Origin: Chrysomallon squamiferum
Lineage: Eukaryota > Animalia > Mollusca
DNA: 64,000 nt
Direction of reading: 5' to 3'
Assembly: GCA_012295275.1 (NCBI GenBank)
Contig: CM022670.1
Location: 41,292,001 to 41,356,000 of the forward strand
Below are positions 61,412-64,000 of this stretch, one piece after another. Numbering within the stretch: position 1 is the stretch's first letter; the number at the start of each line of letters is the position of its first letter. A program made the position numbers and the translations under genes. Under the pieces are notes generated by a model. It did not search any database and was not told the origin of the DNA. It saw only the letters and a program-made list of their open reading frames with translations.

Positions 61412-62553
61412 TATTATTATTATTATTATTATCACAATTATTATTGTTGTTGTTGTTGTTGTTGTTGTTGCTGCTGCTGCTGTTGTTGTCTTCATTATTA
61501 TCATCATCATCATCGTCATCATTATTTATTTTAATTTTTAATAAAAATTGGGCGTTGTTGGTGTTTTATCGTGCTTAAGTTTTTAATTTACAAATAAAAA
61601 AAAAAAAAAAAAAAAGGGGGATAAAAAGCAAGAAAGAAAAACGATATGGATAACATATAATATGTGCATATCTACAAATCTGTCTAAGTTTATGTTTTTA
61701 TGTATTTATTTGGTCGACTTGTATCTGTACGTCTGTCATTCTTTCAGTCTGTCTGTCTGTCTATATATACAGATGCCACAGACTGGCAAGGCCGAAAAGG
61801 TGTCCGCTGATAGCGAGAGACAGTTAAACTGCAAGTGTTTTTAAAAGTGTTTTTAAAACGATAAGCTTCCAGTTCTGTAACACAGGCTGTAATATAGCTT
61901 CTAAATATGAAATATTTGATAATAATCATCGATCATTTTTGATATTAAAATAAGACCGGTTTAGTTCGCGAAAATTCGAGATGTGGCCAAGAATAATTCT
62001 CCATCTTTCAGTTTCGAAATCGTAACATGAGAAAGAGAGATGCTTACAAGAAGAGGCAGGTTTTGTAAAAATAGCATACTGAATAAAGTTACAGTTACGA
62101 TCAGTAAATGATCATAGATGATGTGCAGTTACGATCAGTAAACGATCGTGGATGATGTGCGTCAGACGTGAACGTTGTGAGTACGCGGGTGTCACTTCTG
62201 CAACTACGCCAACTCTCGATTAGTTCGTGAATTGCAGATGTCAGCTGTCTCTCCTTCTGCACCTACTTCAGCGTTTGTTTCTGACTTTCGGAAATCGGTT
62301 CACCAAATTTTTGTCCGCTAAAACCTAAGTACGTTGAATGGAATTCCGATAAATGGAGGATTTTCTGTGCTTTGAAGCCATAGCAACCTATAACACAACA
62401 AGTACAATAAAACGTAGACAGAAAATATTAAAAACTTGAGATCGGTAAAAGAAAATCTAAAAAAATTAACATAACGTCGTTCACTTTCTGTTAAAAACAA
62501 CAAGAACAAAAACAACAACAAACAAATAACCCATACACACATATACACATACA

Positions 62554-62592
<39 letters not shown>

Positions 62593-64000
62593 CAACACTC
62601 AATAAAGAAAGAAAGAAATAACTGACATATACTACAAACAGAACAGGCTGGTTTATTTACGTTTTCCCCAGTCGTAATTGGAATAAAATTTTAAACAGTT
62701 GTTAGTGTCAGTTTCAGGTTTTTACCATTTTTCTTCTTGCATGACTGGTGTTTCGTTTTCTTCAATATTCATTTACAGTCATTACTTATAAATCAAATCC
62801 TGTATAAACTGATTACATTTATCCATTCGTACATTCAGACATATGTGTTATGTGCATAAATAGTAAATATCACTTTTATGCAAATAAAAAGAATTTTAAG
62901 TAATAATTTCACAAACATTTAAAACTCCATTTATCAACATTTATCATAAACCGCATCAGCTTGTACAAACACTCATCAAAGGTTGCGATCAGTTATTTCC
63001 TGTTTATGGGAAGGTCCTTACTGCTAACAGAAAAATATGAGCCCATTGCATGGTAGCAGTCTGTGATCTGTGTGGTCGTTGATTAGATATAAAAATGCCT
63101 TCGTGTGTCATTAAATAATAATCCAGAAATTCTTTCTTTCTCTGCTGTAATCAGATAAAAAAAATTGGTTAGTCTCAAGAGATATAATATTCAGTTTACT
63201 GATTTTCAGCTGAACCAACTCTAATACTTGACCTGCCATGAGTTAATGATCCACTAAACACACACACTCACGCACACATACATATACACACCTGAAGTAC
63301 ACATGTACAGGCTTACTCAACACATACACGCACCTATATAAATAAAACACATACACAAACCTTCACACACTCACAAGATATACGTACACACAAAATATTC
63401 ATACAACAAACATATATATATATACACAAAACTGCGAATGCCTGTGCATGTGTGCGTGCACATATATAAGTGAATATCTGTAAACATTATATAGATAATG
63501 ACTCAGTTAGACCATGAAGACCTACCGACAAAAAGATTATTTCGCTAAAAATAACATCAAGACGTTGAAGATTTGTTAGTACAGACAAGTTCTTCACGAT
63601 AAGTAACTGACACCGGAAGCTGGATCAAAGGATAAACTGAGGTTTCCCACTGCTCCGTGAAAACATTTCCACAATTGTTTCAAAATGTTACAACATGCGC
63701 GTGCTTCTTTGTGCTTCCTCAAAACATGAACACAGACTTGTTACTGTGCGCATGAAGAATGCTGAAAGTAAACGGACAGTTATTTGATTCAGACATAGGG
63801 TGTTTTCGTTTAAACTTACAAGAGAAGAAACTCGATAACAGCATTATTATCTATTATTATAAATATATATGGTTACGATATACGGAGTTGGAACGGGAAA
63901 TATTTTCGGTAGATTGATCCATTTGACAACAGAGTTTCTATTATTTATTTATTTCTTTCTAATTATTATCACTGTACTTAAGTGGACTGCACCTTTAACA

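Overview
AT-rich, microsatellite-dense animal genomic DNA. It looks invertebrate, plausibly lophotrochozoan/mollusc-like, which is inferred only from composition and protein style. Two spliced genes sit head-to-head. (1) Minus strand: AGBL4/CCP6 cytosolic carboxypeptidase (tubulin deglutamylase), 9 coding exons from ATG 22921 down to 13567. I could not find its remaining exons, so an intron of >13.5 kb appears to run off the left edge. (2) Plus strand: an ELAV/Hu three-RRM RNA-binding protein (core CDS 26878-35434, 357 aa) with three candidate alternative 5' exons and a ~3 kb U-rich 3' UTR. The most striking feature is a tandemly duplicated 154-nt ELAV exon (4a 30164-30317, 4b 30382-30535). 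The two copies must be mutually exclusive to keep frame. An upstream intronic element (29789-29851) is built from short reverse complements of both acceptor sites and of the exon bodies, a candidate Dscam-like RNA-pairing switch next to a 57-nt poly-U tract. From ~38.5 kb to the end no gene is recognisable; this is a comparatively CpG-rich, motif-rich non-coding region.
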